From assembly GCA_051872635.1 (NCBI GenBank), contig JBJEEA010000014.1, positions 1,944 through 63,851 on the forward strand: a stretch of 61,908 nucleotides of DNA, written 5' to 3'. The DNA is from Bacilli bacterium (GTDB lineage Bacteria > Bacillota_I > Bacilli_A > RF39 > UBA660). The stretch's first letter is position 1. Every line of letters starts with the position of its first letter. A program made the position numbers and the translations under genes. This document shows positions 9,892-19,866 of this stretch, one piece after another. Under the pieces are notes generated by a model. The model was given only the letters and a program-made list of their open reading frames with translations. It was not told where the DNA came from and searched no databases.

Positions 9892-9982
9892 AAAATAACT
9901 GATGTTCTTTGAAAATTAGGTTAATAGCTACACATTCTAAAATGGTGTAGTGTTTATATTTTTAAAGGACAACTCTTTCTTG

Positions 9983-10035
9983 GAACTGTGTAGTTATTAA
10001 TCAATGTTATTGATGATTACACAGTTCTTTTTTTT
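9983..10035 (+). terminator. Strong terminator-like hairpin directly upstream of T4SS genes
   Basis: gaactgtgta ... tacacagttc stem plus 8 T. Confidence 0.7.
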
Positions 10036-10066
10036 ATGGCAAAAAACAAAAGAAAGGGTGAATATA

Positions 10067-10348
10067 ATGAAAAATTTATTTAATGTATTAGCAATACAAC
10101 AATTAGAAGGTGGAACTTATACAGTGGATACAGTATTAAAGGTTATTAAACAAATAACTGATTGGGCATTGGCAGTTGGTATATCACTTGCAGGTGTTGC
10201 TCTTGTTATTAGTTTTATAATGTATGCAGTTGTAGATGTTGACCAAAAACCGAGAGTTAAAACAAGAATATTGCAAACACTACTTGGTATATTTGGAATT
10301 ATTTTAGCAATTTCATTAGTTAATATTATAATTAGATTATTCACATAG
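10067..10348 (+). CDS. VirB2/pilin-like conjugal transfer protein
   Basis: About 93 aa, two TM helices, first gene of the T4SS block; ATG 10067 with RBS gaaagggtg. Confidence 0.65.
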   Translation: MKNLFNVLAIQQLEGGTYTVDTVLKVIKQITDWALAVGISLAGVALVISFIMYAVVDVDQKPRVKTRILQTLLGIFGIILAISLVNIIIRLFT

Positions 10349-10359
10349 GTATATACTTT

Positions 10360-11745
10360 ATGATGACAAAAGTTTTTGATTTATTAAGAAGTCTAGGTTG
10401 GTATGTAATTAGTTTTATATATGATTTAATAGATGGACTTTTACAAATAATAAAAAAATTAAATACTTTTGATATAATCAATTCACTATCTAATAATCAA
10501 ACTTTTAGAAGTTTTTATACAGGAGTTATGGCAATAGCGGTAACATTATTTGCGTTGTTTATTATATGGAAATTTGTAAATAAACTTTTAGATCCAGATG
10601 AAGAAACAACTTTTAAAATGATAATAATGGAAATAGTAAAATGTGGAACGCTCATTATGATGTCCACATTTTTATTTGTTCAAGTATCAAACTTTTCTAT
10701 AACACTTTCAAATTATACAGGTAATATATTCGAAAGCAGTACAAATTCAAAAATGAGTGATTCAATGCTTACAATGTTTATATCGTATAGAGATGGTTAT
10801 AAGAATAGTGATAAATTTAAAGAAGATAAAAGTATAGAACAATTAGTAACAAGTGGTTCTTTTGATAGTGACGAATTATATCTATCAAAGTATGTAACTA
10901 AATCACGAATAATATTATCTGATGAAAAAGATTATAAATATGATGTTAATTGGATTATGGCAATTATAAGTGGAGGATTCTTTTTATATAGTTTATTCTT
11001 TGCAGGAATTATGCTCGGTAGAAGACAAATAGAATTTCTATTTCTATTTTCAATATCTCCGATTGTATTTGCAACAAGTGTTTGTAATAAGCAAAGGAGA
11101 GGGGCAGTAATTGAACAACTTGTATCATTAGCACTTCAAAGTGCTGTTGTTATGTTGATAGTTAGTCTAACAGTTATGGTAATGCAAGAAATTAATACAA
11201 CAACTTTCTTTACTAATACATTTATGAATTTAACAACAAAATCACTTTTATATTTAGGTTGTGCTACATTTATATTAACAGGAAGTCAAGTTATTAATAG
11301 ATTTATTGGTGCAAATGTAAGTGCAGCAAGTGGTAGAGAACAATTAATGTCATTAATGGGTTATGGAAAAATGGCAGGAATTGGAGCTACTCTTGGAGCA
11401 GGAGCAGTAGTAGGAGGAAGTCTTTTAGCAACAGGTGGAGCAATGAAAGCAGGAAAAAGAGTTGGATCAGAGGTTTTATCACAGGCAGGAATTGCACTTG
11501 GAACAATGGGAACTACCGGCGAGGGACAACCTCAAAGTAGAATGCAAAGATTTGCAACTGCTATGGGTAGTAGAATGTATGCAACAGGACAACGAATGGG
11601 AAGAAAAACTGATTCTAATAAATTTAGTGCAAGTGATGCTTTCATTAATGCAGGTGCTAGTAGTTTAAATAATACTGTTCGAAAAGTAATGCCACGAGCA
11701 AGTTATAATACTTCTTATTATAGAAGAAGAAATAATATGATATAG
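10360..11745 (+). CDS. VirB6-like polytopic conjugation membrane protein
   Basis: Multiple TM helices, R..E..FL...SPI motif, Gly/Ala-rich C-terminal tail. Confidence 0.75.
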   Translation: MMTKVFDLLRSLGWYVISFIYDLIDGLLQIIKKLNTFDIINSLSNNQTFRSFYTGVMAIAVTLFALFIIWKFVNKLLDPDEETTFKMIIMEIVKCGTLIMMSTFLFVQVSNFSITLSNYTGNIFESSTNSKMSDSMLTMFISYRDGYKNSDKFKEDKSIEQLVTSGSFDSDELYLSKYVTKSRIILSDEKDYKYDVNWIMAIISGGFFLYSLFFAGIMLGRRQIEFLFLFSISPIVFATSVCNKQRRGAVIEQLVSLALQSAVVMLIVSLTVMVMQEINTTTFFTNTFMNLTTKSLLYLGCATFILTGSQVINRFIGANVSAASGREQLMSLMGYGKMAGIGATLGAGAVVGGSLLATGGAMKAGKRVGSEVLSQAGIALGTMGTTGEGQPQSRMQRFATAMGSRMYATGQRMGRKTDSNKFSASDAFINAGASSLNNTVRKVMPRASYNTSYYRRRNNMI

Positions 11746-11757
11746 GAGGAATGAATT

Positions 11758-12060
11758 ATGTATATAACTGTAAAATCAATAAAAAGAAATTTAGGATTTA
11801 AAGGTATAGAAATATCAGATATTGTTATTGCTTTACCAATAATAATATTATTTATAGTTTTATTTTGTTTTACTCCACTTAAAATACCTGCAATAGTAGG
11901 TTTAATGATAGGAATATTTTGTTTACTTCCTATCAATGTTAGTAAGAAAAATAGAATGTATAAAGTTATGGGACTTATATTTAAATTCTTAATAAAAGAA
12001 AAAATATATGTATATCAAAAGGAAGGAGAGGTGAGCAAAGTTGAAGAAAGAGAAAATTAG
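11758..12060 (+). CDS. VirB3/PrgI-like small membrane protein
   Basis: Two TM helices, directly upstream of and overlapping VirB4. Confidence 0.6.
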   Translation: MYITVKSIKRNLGFKGIEISDIVIALPIIILFIVLFCFTPLKIPAIVGLMIGIFCLLPINVSKKNRMYKVMGLIFKFLIKEKIYVYQKEGEVSKVEEREN

Positions 12061-14551
12061 TAAAGAACAAAAAAGAATAAATAAAGAACATAAAGTTATT
12101 GAGAAATTTATTAAGAAAAAAGATAAAATGAAGAAAAAATATATAACTAAAAGTGTTCTTAAAAGAAAGTTCAAAAATGCTCAAACTTTTAATAATGCAG
12201 AATTTGTAAATGCTGATGGAATTATAAAACTTCGAGATAATAGTTATGCAAGAGTATTTTCAGTAGATGCAATAGATTTATCTTTAACATCAAATACACA
12301 AAAAAATAATTTTTTTAATCAACTTAAATATCTATATCAATTAAAAGACTTAAATTTAAGAATATATAAATTGGATGATAAAATTGATCTTAATGCAAAC
12401 AAAGATTATTATACAAAACTAATAGAAGAATATTCTAACGATGAAGAAAAAGTCAAATTTTTAAAAGAAAGATATGATAGATTAGAATTATTAGAAGAAC
12501 AAAATTTAACAACTACAAGTAGATACTATTTTGTATTAGTAAGTGATAATGATAAAGCACTAGAACATATATCAGAAGAATTAAAAATGCACTGTTATAA
12601 TATGACACCTAGACTTAATGTTCAAACTATAACTAATAAATTAGAAGTATATCAATTTCTTGTTAATCTTTATTTATCTACTGCAAGTATTGAACAATTA
12701 ATGTGGAGTGATTTAGTAGAATTAATCTCTCCATTTTTTGTGCAAGAAAGTATGGGATATATAAAAGCAGATGAAGAAGAAATTCAAGTTGTTACAATAA
12801 AAAAAATACCACCATTTATTGATGAATTGTTTTTTGAAGAACTATTTAATGTTCCAGATACTAGAAGTTGTATTCATATAAAAGATACTATTCCTACTGA
12901 TGAATTAGTCAGAAGATTAGATAGTAATTATGAGTTTTTAATTTCTGAAAGAAGTACAACAAGGAAATTATCTGATGCAACCCAAATGGATACTGAAAGA
13001 GAAAACTTTCAAGCACTTATGACTCAAATAAAAAATGGAGACGAAAAAATAAAAGAAGTAGATTTTATTGTCATAATAAATGGTACTAGAAAACAAAGAG
13101 AAGAAAAGATAAAGGAACTTAAAAAAATAGCAGATGTTTTTCATATAAAATTAGATGCTCCTCGTATGAGGCAAATGGAAGGTTGGCAGTCATTTGATAT
13201 ATCAAAAAATGGATTTGAAGATTACCATAATTATTTACCAAGTTTAACTCTTGCAGCATCTTTTCCATTAACAATTACACATTTTAATGATGAAACAGGA
13301 TATATGATAGGATCAGATATTCATACTGCATTACCTACAATATTTGACTTGTTTCATAAAGATGCGACAAGACCATCAAGTAATTTAGCAATAATAGCAT
13401 CCACAGGAGGAGGTAAAAGTTTTACTTTGAAGAAAATGATTATCAATGAAATTAATCGTGGAAATAAGTGCTTTTTATTTGATGCAGAGGGAGAATATGA
13501 AAAACTGATTAGAAAAAATAAAGGAGAATATATAGATATGTATTCTGCTAGTGGAGGTATAATAAATCCTCTGCAAGTTAGATTTCTTCCAAGTGATAAA
13601 GAAGAAAAAGAAGATAGTGAAGTAAATACAATTAATTATGAAGACTGTCCTCTTGCAAAACATCTTGGATCACTTGAAACATTTATTAAGTGTGCTTTTG
13701 AAGAAATAAAAGAAAGTGAAGTTGTTGTTATGCTTGATATGATAGAAAAATTATATAAAAGATTTGGTATAACAAAGAATACAAAAATATCTAGTTTAGA
13801 AAAATTAGAAAATACAGATTATCCAATATTTTCAGATTTAATTGATTTCTTACCAGATTATCGTAATATGATTACTAATCCAGAACAATTAAAAATAGTT
13901 GATAAACTAGAAATATTATTAGATAGATTTAAAGTAGGAACTGATGCCATGTTATTTAATGGATATACATCAGTAAACCTTGACTCTAATCTAATAGCAT
14001 TTAATGTAAAAGATTTATTGTATAGTAAAAACAAAAGGATTATTACAACTCAATTAGTAAATTTATTAACTTATCTAAATAACATTATTGTAAGAAATAA
14101 GATTGTTAATGATAAGACAAAAAATAAAAAAAGAATTAAGAATATAGCAGTAATTGTTGATGAATTTCATTTGTATTTAAAAAATACTGATAGTGAAGTT
14201 CTTTTAACATTTGAACAAATAGCTCGTAGAATTAGAAAATATCATGGAGCATTTATACCTGCAACACAAAGTATTCATGACTTTTTGGGAGATGATGATA
14301 GTGTTAGAAGTGCTACTGCAATATTTAATAACTGTCAATATCAATTAGTAGGTATGTTAAAAGAAGATGACCTAACTACATATTTAAAATTGTTTTATCA
14401 AAATCCATTGACTGATACACAAAAAGAATTTTTGATGCAAGCAGAAATGGGAGAGTTCTTACTTACTATTAATTCTAAAAATAGAATCAGAGTTAAGATA
14501 CTTGCAACACCTATTGAAGTTGACTTGATGGGAGAAGAACTTAAAGTATGA
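12041..14551 (+). CDS. virB4: VirB4-family conjugation ATPase
   Basis: Walker A ASTGGGKS, FDAEGEY, INPL, Walker B VIVDEFH, ARRIRKY, ATQS. Confidence 0.92.
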   Translation: MKKEKISKEQKRINKEHKVIEKFIKKKDKMKKKYITKSVLKRKFKNAQTFNNAEFVNADGIIKLRDNSYARVFSVDAIDLSLTSNTQKNNFFNQLKYLYQLKDLNLRIYKLDDKIDLNANKDYYTKLIEEYSNDEEKVKFLKERYDRLELLEEQNLTTTSRYYFVLVSDNDKALEHISEELKMHCYNMTPRLNVQTITNKLEVYQFLVNLYLSTASIEQLMWSDLVELISPFFVQESMGYIKADEEEIQVVTIKKIPPFIDELFFEELFNVPDTRSCIHIKDTIPTDELVRRLDSNYEFLISERSTTRKLSDATQMDTERENFQALMTQIKNGDEKIKEVDFIVIINGTRKQREEKIKELKKIADVFHIKLDAPRMRQMEGWQSFDISKNGFEDYHNYLPSLTLAASFPLTITHFNDETGYMIGSDIHTALPTIFDLFHKDATRPSSNLAIIASTGGGKSFTLKKMIINEINRGNKCFLFDAEGEYEKLIRKNKGEYIDMYSASGGIINPLQVRFLPSDKEEKEDSEVNTINYEDCPLAKHLGSLETFIKCAFEEIKESEVVVMLDMIEKLYKRFGITKNTKISSLEKLENTDYPIFSDLIDFLPDYRNMITNPEQLKIVDKLEILLDRFKVGTDAMLFNGYTSVNLDSNLIAFNVKDLLYSKNKRIITTQLVNLLTYLNNIIVRNKIVNDKTKNKKRIKNIAVIVDEFHLYLKNTDSEVLLTFEQIARRIRKYHGAFIPATQSIHDFLGDDDSVRSATAIFNNCQYQLVGMLKEDDLTTYLKLFYQNPLTDTQKEFLMQAEMGEFLLTINSKNRIRVKILATPIEVDLMGEELKV

Positions 14552-14730
14552 AAGCATTAACTATTAAGCAAGTAAGGGATATGTTTAAAAAAATATATTT
14601 TGAAGAATTTGATGATCCTAACGAATCGTTTATGGATTTTTTGTTAGATTTAATTCCAAAGGAAAAATTAATTGAAATTATAAATAAAGGGGAGAATTAT
14701 TATTCTTCTCTTTTCTATAAATATAAATAA
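14548..14730 (+). CDS. Hypothetical 60-aa protein
   Basis: ATGA and TAATG overlaps with both neighbours. Confidence 0.6.
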   Translation: MKALTIKQVRDMFKKIYFEEFDDPNESFMDFLLDLIPKEKLIEIINKGENYYSSLFYKYK

Positions 14731-15659
14731 TGAAGAAGAAAAAGAAAAATATTTTCTTAAAGATTATAGGTGGTAGTAGTATTTTATCAATAGCATTTGC
14801 AATGGTAATTTTAATTTGTGTTCTGATGATTTTTGATTTTTTTGGAACAAAACTCACAAAGGAAAAAGTACAAAATAATGCAGAATTTGCTGATGCTTAT
14901 ACGAGTGCAGTAAATAAATATTTAATGGATGGATATGTGCCACTACAAAGACTTTTATATTTTCATTTGGAAGATACAAGTTTAACATTAGATGCTTTAT
15001 ATACAATGAATCAAAATAAAGAACAAAAAACTGCAAGAGAAATATTGTCAGTATGTGAAGATCAGAGAGTAAAAAATATGGTTGCCTGTACTGAAAGTAA
15101 TATAAATGAAAATAAGGATTATTTAGAAGTAAGTACAGGACATTTTAATTTACCTTTGGATAAAGATTTTACTATAACAAGTTTTTTTAATGAACAAAGA
15201 GTAATTTATGGAGAGACTAATGTTCATAGTGGTTGGGATTTATCTGTACCTGCAAAGACTCCTGTTTATTCAGTATGTAGTGGGACAGTTGATAAAGTAA
15301 CATTCACACAAAACGAGAATATCCCATACGATCAAAGTGGGAATAAAGTTGGTAATCTAATTACAATTAAATGTGATGAAGATTATGATGAAACTTATTA
15401 TGTAGTATTTGCACATCTTTATCCAAATAGTGCAAAAGTAAAAGTTGGAGATAAAGTAAATCATTGGACAGAAATTGCAAGTGTTGGAACGACAGGACAC
15501 TCAACAGGAAATCATTTACATTACCAAGTTGAAAATGCAAATAGAGAAAAAATAGATGGTATGCAATTTATAGATTTTACTTTAAAAAGTCCTAACTATC
15601 ATTTGAAATTAGAAAAGCCAAATAATATTCTAAATGAAAATGATTTTATAATTCAATAA
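14730..15659 (+). CDS. M23 family peptidoglycan endopeptidase (conjugation cell-wall hydrolase)
   Basis: HSGWD, FAHL, VGTTGHSTGNHLHY motifs; N-terminal TM. Confidence 0.9.
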   Translation: MKKKKKNIFLKIIGGSSILSIAFAMVILICVLMIFDFFGTKLTKEKVQNNAEFADAYTSAVNKYLMDGYVPLQRLLYFHLEDTSLTLDALYTMNQNKEQKTAREILSVCEDQRVKNMVACTESNINENKDYLEVSTGHFNLPLDKDFTITSFFNEQRVIYGETNVHSGWDLSVPAKTPVYSVCSGTVDKVTFTQNENIPYDQSGNKVGNLITIKCDEDYDETYYVVFAHLYPNSAKVKVGDKVNHWTEIASVGTTGHSTGNHLHYQVENANREKIDGMQFIDFTLKSPNYHLKLEKPNNILNENDFIIQ

Positions 15660-15699
15660 TACACTTTTAAAAAGTATTGGAAGCACAAAAAAAGAGGTT

Positions 15700-15960
15700 A
15701 TTTTTACAAAGTAGCCACTTTCAAATAAAAGAGTAGCCATACAAATTGTTGATATTAAAGGTATTTTCAATATAGAGTAGCCACTTTCAAATGAAAAAGT
15801 GGTCATTTTTGCAAGTGCAAAAATAGTTATGCCACCCATTTTATCCTAGTAATTATAAAGGATTAAATAGTTTTGGGTGGCATTTACCTTATGCCCATTA
15901 AAAATATGCAATATTTTTATTAAGAAAAATACCTTAAAAATGTAGAAAGTGGCTACTCTT
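15700..15960. promoter_or_regulatory. Putative oriT region with direct and inverted repeats
   Basis: agtagccactttcaaat x2 (about 15710 and 15776), agagtagcca (15730), inverted gaaagtggctactc (15945), atgccaccca/tgggtggcat inverted pair (15829/15874); upstream of the RHH-relaxase operon. Confidence 0.65.
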
Positions 15961-15983
15961 AAAATTAAAATAAGGAGGTTTAT

Positions 15984-16196
15984 ATGGTAAAAGGAACTAA
16001 AAAGTTTTCAATAAGAATGGATGAGAACTTAAAAACAAGAATTGAGTTGTTAGCCATAAAGAATAATTTAAGTTTTACAAAAATGCTTATCTATATTTGT
16101 GAACTAGGTTATCAAACTTATGTAGAAAGATTTGATAAGTATTATGAAGAACAAAATAAAAAATTAGAAAATGAGGGAAAGAATTATTATGAATAA
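15984..16196 (+). CDS. Ribbon-helix-helix protein (relaxosome accessory)
   Basis: KKFSIRMDENLKTRIELLA..NNLSF RHH pattern; RBS aggagg. Confidence 0.7.
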   Translation: MVKGTKKFSIRMDENLKTRIELLAIKNNLSFTKMLIYICELGYQTYVERFDKYYEEQNKKLENEGKNYYE

Positions 16197-16629
16197 GATT
16201 AGAGTTTATAATGAAGAAGAAATTAAAATATTATTAAGTAATCCTAATGTTGAGAGAATAAGAAATAAAAGTCAAATAGTTTATAAGAATAGTTTTAAAT
16301 TGTGGGCGGTTAAAGAAAAGTTATCTGATACTTCAAAAACTGCAAGACAAATTTTTGTTGCAGGTGGTTTTGATATGAATATATTAGATGATAGAACTCC
16401 ACAAAAAAGATTATGTTCTTGGGTAAAGAAATATAAAAAGTTTGGAGAAGATTATTTTACTGATAAAAATAAATATTCATATAAGGCAATTCAAAAAACT
16501 AAATATATATTTTTAAGTAAAACATTTAACGATCCAAATTTTCTTGCTTTCATAATTGAGAAAAAAGATAATGGAACTTTTGATTATAGAGTTATTAGGA
16601 AGATGAAAGATGAAAAAACTAACAGTTAG
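16189..16629 (+). CDS. HTH protein resembling IS3-family OrfA N-terminal domain
   Basis: EEEIKILLSNPNV..IVY..SFK...ARQIF..GFD....W.KKY..FG pattern; ATG 16189 with RBS gaggg. Confidence 0.55.
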   Translation: MNKIRVYNEEEIKILLSNPNVERIRNKSQIVYKNSFKLWAVKEKLSDTSKTARQIFVAGGFDMNILDDRTPQKRLCSWVKKYKKFGEDYFTDKNKYSYKAIQKTKYIFLSKTFNDPNFLAFIIEKKDNGTFDYRVIRKMKDEKTNS

Positions 16630-16939
16630 AGTTGAAGATTATATTTATGATAGATTATTTCTTGTAGCAAAAGATAATTCTACTTCTACTAATAAAATTA
16701 TTAATGCAATTATTGAAAAGTATATTAATGAGCCAAGAGAGATAAATTATTTAAAAGAAATAAATGAGAAGTTGCAAGAGCTAGTTGAACTTGAAGATAA
16801 AATTGCAAAAAGACAATATAAACATTTTAGATTATCACAACAACACTTTGCTAACTTTGGTTATTTATCTAATGCAGACATTAAAGAAGATAAATGTCTT
16901 AATGAGATTTTAAATAATAAGGACAATTTCAATGAGTAA
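16610..16939 (+). CDS. MobC-like RHH relaxosome protein
   Basis: KKLTVRV...YDRL..VA....STNKII RHH pattern; overlaps the relaxase start. Confidence 0.65.
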   Translation: MKKLTVRVEDYIYDRLFLVAKDNSTSTNKIINAIIEKYINEPREINYLKEINEKLQELVELEDKIAKRQYKHFRLSQQHFANFGYLSNADIKEDKCLNEILNNKDNFNE

Positions 16940-18296
16940 GAAAAGTCCGAAAGTAGTTTTTAAAAGTAAATATTGTTTAGCTCTTAACTCACGAGATACT
17001 AAAAATAAATCTTTAAATTATAAAGAAGATAGATTAAAAGATATAGATGATATGGTTGATTACTTTTCTAATGAAAAGAAAAAGACAGTAGGTATGTTTG
17101 AATATTATATGGGACATACAAGAAAAGAAAAATATAATCTTATATTAGAAGATGGTAGTAGTGCCACTAAAAAAGATATTGCAGAAATTAAAACTAAATA
17201 TAAAAAGTATATAGAAAATTCTAATTTGTGGAAAGGTATTTTAAGTTTTAAAAGAGAATATTTAGATGAAAACATTGATATTAAAACTTTGGAACAAAAA
17301 ATAGCAAAAGAAGTAATGCCACAATTTTTAAAGTATTGTGGTTTTAAAGATATAAAAAATATGAGTTATGTTTTTTCGATTCATACAAACAGAAAACATC
17401 AACCTCATATACATTTTGCTTTTGTAGAAAAGAAACCGAATTTTATATGTGCTAATAATAAAATAGGATATAGAAGAAAAGGTAAAATTAGTATTGATGA
17501 ACAAAACTATTTAAAAAGATTAGTTGAACTTGCCATTGAAAGAGAAAAGTATTATACACCACTTTTAAAAAAGACTAATGAAGATATTGATTATTTAAAA
17601 TCATATTTTAATCCAAAAGAAAGAAACTTTACTTTAAGAAATGTTAGTGAGATATATATTGAGGAAGATATTTTAAAACTTGGAGAGTTAGTAAAACAAT
17701 ATAGGGAACATAATAATCAAACTTCTAAAAAAATAAAATATAATTCAATTAAGAATGATGAACTTGGCAAAGAAATTAAATCTTTAACAAGAAAAATTAA
17801 AAAATATTTGTTTAGTGATGATACATCTATTTTGTATGCTAGTAAGAAAGATATAAATAAAGATTTAGAAAAATTAAATGATTACTTTGATGAATTAAAT
17901 AGAAATAATAATATTGAAGAACTAACGGCTAATAATATTATCGTTAATAAAAAGCAAGAATATATAGATAATTATATTTATAATTCAATAGTAAATCATT
18001 CATTATATAAATATGAGCATATATCAATGGTTGTAAAAAATAAAAATAATATTGATAAGATTACTTTTGAAGATTTAATACAAGAAGTTGCTTATCAAAA
18101 TAGTAAAAGAAATAAATACTCTGATAAGCAAAGAAGAAAAATTGTATTAGATAATTATTTTAAGGGTAATAGTAATATGACAAAATTTCCTAGTAAGCAT
18201 AAAATGGAAAAAGCATTAAAGAATATTAATTATGAAATGGAAAAAGCATCGCAAGAATTTAGTAAATTATTTAATTATGATGTTAAAGATAAATGA
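16932..18296 (+). CDS. MobL (MobP2)-type relaxase
   Basis: SPKVVFKSKY, MVDY, LWKGILSF, IHTNRKHQPHIHF HUH motif, RRKG. Confidence 0.85.
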   Translation: MSKKSPKVVFKSKYCLALNSRDTKNKSLNYKEDRLKDIDDMVDYFSNEKKKTVGMFEYYMGHTRKEKYNLILEDGSSATKKDIAEIKTKYKKYIENSNLWKGILSFKREYLDENIDIKTLEQKIAKEVMPQFLKYCGFKDIKNMSYVFSIHTNRKHQPHIHFAFVEKKPNFICANNKIGYRRKGKISIDEQNYLKRLVELAIEREKYYTPLLKKTNEDIDYLKSYFNPKERNFTLRNVSEIYIEEDILKLGELVKQYREHNNQTSKKIKYNSIKNDELGKEIKSLTRKIKKYLFSDDTSILYASKKDINKDLEKLNDYFDELNRNNNIEELTANNIIVNKKQEYIDNYIYNSIVNHSLYKYEHISMVVKNKNNIDKITFEDLIQEVAYQNSKRNKYSDKQRRKIVLDNYFKGNSNMTKFPSKHKMEKALKNINYEMEKASQEFSKLFNYDVKDK

Positions 18297-18325
18297 TTAT
18301 AAAATTAATTTGTTCGATTGTTTTA

Positions 18326-18346
18326 TGAACAAATGTTTGATATAAT
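18326..18346 (+). promoter_or_regulatory. LexA (Cheo-type) SOS box overlapping an extended -10
   Basis: tGAACaaatGTTTg (consensus CGAAC-N4-GTTYG) next to TGaTATAAT. Confidence 0.7.
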
Positions 18347-18366
18347 GTTTAAAAATGGAGGTTGAA

Positions 18367-19866
18367 ATGAAAAAAGTTTATATGTGTATAGATTTAAAAA
18401 GTTTTTATGCCTCTGTTGAATGTATTGAAAGAGGTTTAGATCCTTTAAATACTAATTTAGTGGTTGCAGATGAAAGTAGAACAGAAAAAACTGTTTGTCT
18501 TGCAATAACACCAAGTTTAAAACAATATGGTCTAGGAGGTAGAGCAAGACTTTTTGAAGTCATTCAAAAAGTTAAAAGTATTAACTATGAAAGAAGAAAG
18601 AATAATAATTATAAAAAATTTAATTCGAAATCATTTTTTGATAGTGAACTAAAAAAAGATAGAACATTGGAATTAGATTTTATAATTGCTCCACCTCAAA
18701 TGAAAAAATACATGAAATATAGTACCAATATTTATAAAATATATTTAAAATATTTAGCACCAGAAGATATTTTTGTTTATTCAATAGATGAAGTTTTTTG
18801 TGATATAACTACTTATTTAAGTATGTATCAGATGACAGCAAAAGAATTAGTTTCTAAAATAATAAAAGATGTTTATGATACAACTGGAATAACTGCAACT
18901 GCCGGAATAGGAACTAATATGTATTTGGCAAAAGTATGTATGGACATAGTTGCTAAACATGCAGAACCTAATGAAATTGGTGTTAGAATTGCAGAACTAA
19001 ACGAGATGTCATATAGAAAATTATTATGGAATCATAAGCCATTAACATCATTTTGGAGAGTTGGCAAAGGTATAGCAGATAAATTAGAAAAGAATGGATT
19101 ATATACTATGGGAGATGTTGCAAGATGTTCTTTAAATAACGAAAATTTATTATATAAATTATTTGGAGTAAATGCAGAATTATTAATTGATCATGCTTGG
19201 GGTTGGGAACCGACAACAATAAAAGAAGTTAAAGCATATAAACCCGAAAGAAATAGCATATCTTCTGGACAAGTTTTACATTGTCCATATAAATATGAAA
19301 AAGCTAAATTAATTGTTAGAGAAATGATAGACTTATTATCATTAGATTTAACTGATAAGCATTTAGTTACAAAGCAATTAGTATTAGATATAGGTTATGA
19401 CATTGAAAATTTAAACAATCCTTTAATCAAAAAATTGTATAATGGAGAAATAACAATAGATAATTATGGAAGAGAAGTTCCTAAACATTCTCATGGAACG
19501 ATAAATTTGGATTACAATACTTCTTCATCAAAAGTCCTATCAAAAAAATGTATTGAATTATATGATAGAATAGTAAATAAAAATTTATTAATTAGAAAAA
19601 TAAATATTACTGCTTGTAATATAATTGATGAAGATATAGTAAAAAAAGAAGTAGTCCATGAGCAATTAAATCTTTTTTCATCAAGTGATGATTCTGAACA
19701 GGAAATTGAAGATAAAAAAAGACAAAAAGAAGATAATAAATTACAACATGTTTTATTAGATATTAAAAATAAATATGGAAAAAACTCTATCTTAAAAGGT
19801 ATGAACTTAGAAGAAGGTGGAACAACAATTGATAGAAATAATCAGGTTGGAGGTCATAAAGGATAA
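18367..19866 (+). CDS. Y-family DNA polymerase (UmuC/UvrX/ImpB type)
   Basis: CIDLKSFYASVEC, YSIDEVF, GIGTN.YLAK, W.VG.G motifs. Confidence 0.92.
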   Translation: MKKVYMCIDLKSFYASVECIERGLDPLNTNLVVADESRTEKTVCLAITPSLKQYGLGGRARLFEVIQKVKSINYERRKNNNYKKFNSKSFFDSELKKDRTLELDFIIAPPQMKKYMKYSTNIYKIYLKYLAPEDIFVYSIDEVFCDITTYLSMYQMTAKELVSKIIKDVYDTTGITATAGIGTNMYLAKVCMDIVAKHAEPNEIGVRIAELNEMSYRKLLWNHKPLTSFWRVGKGIADKLEKNGLYTMGDVARCSLNNENLLYKLFGVNAELLIDHAWGWEPTTIKEVKAYKPERNSISSGQVLHCPYKYEKAKLIVREMIDLLSLDLTDKHLVTKQLVLDIGYDIENLNNPLIKKLYNGEITIDNYGREVPKHSHGTINLDYNTSSSKVLSKKCIELYDRIVNKNLLIRKINITACNIIDEDIVKKEVVHEQLNLFSSSDDSEQEIEDKKRQKEDNKLQHVLLDIKNKYGKNSILKGMNLEEGGTTIDRNNQVGGHKG

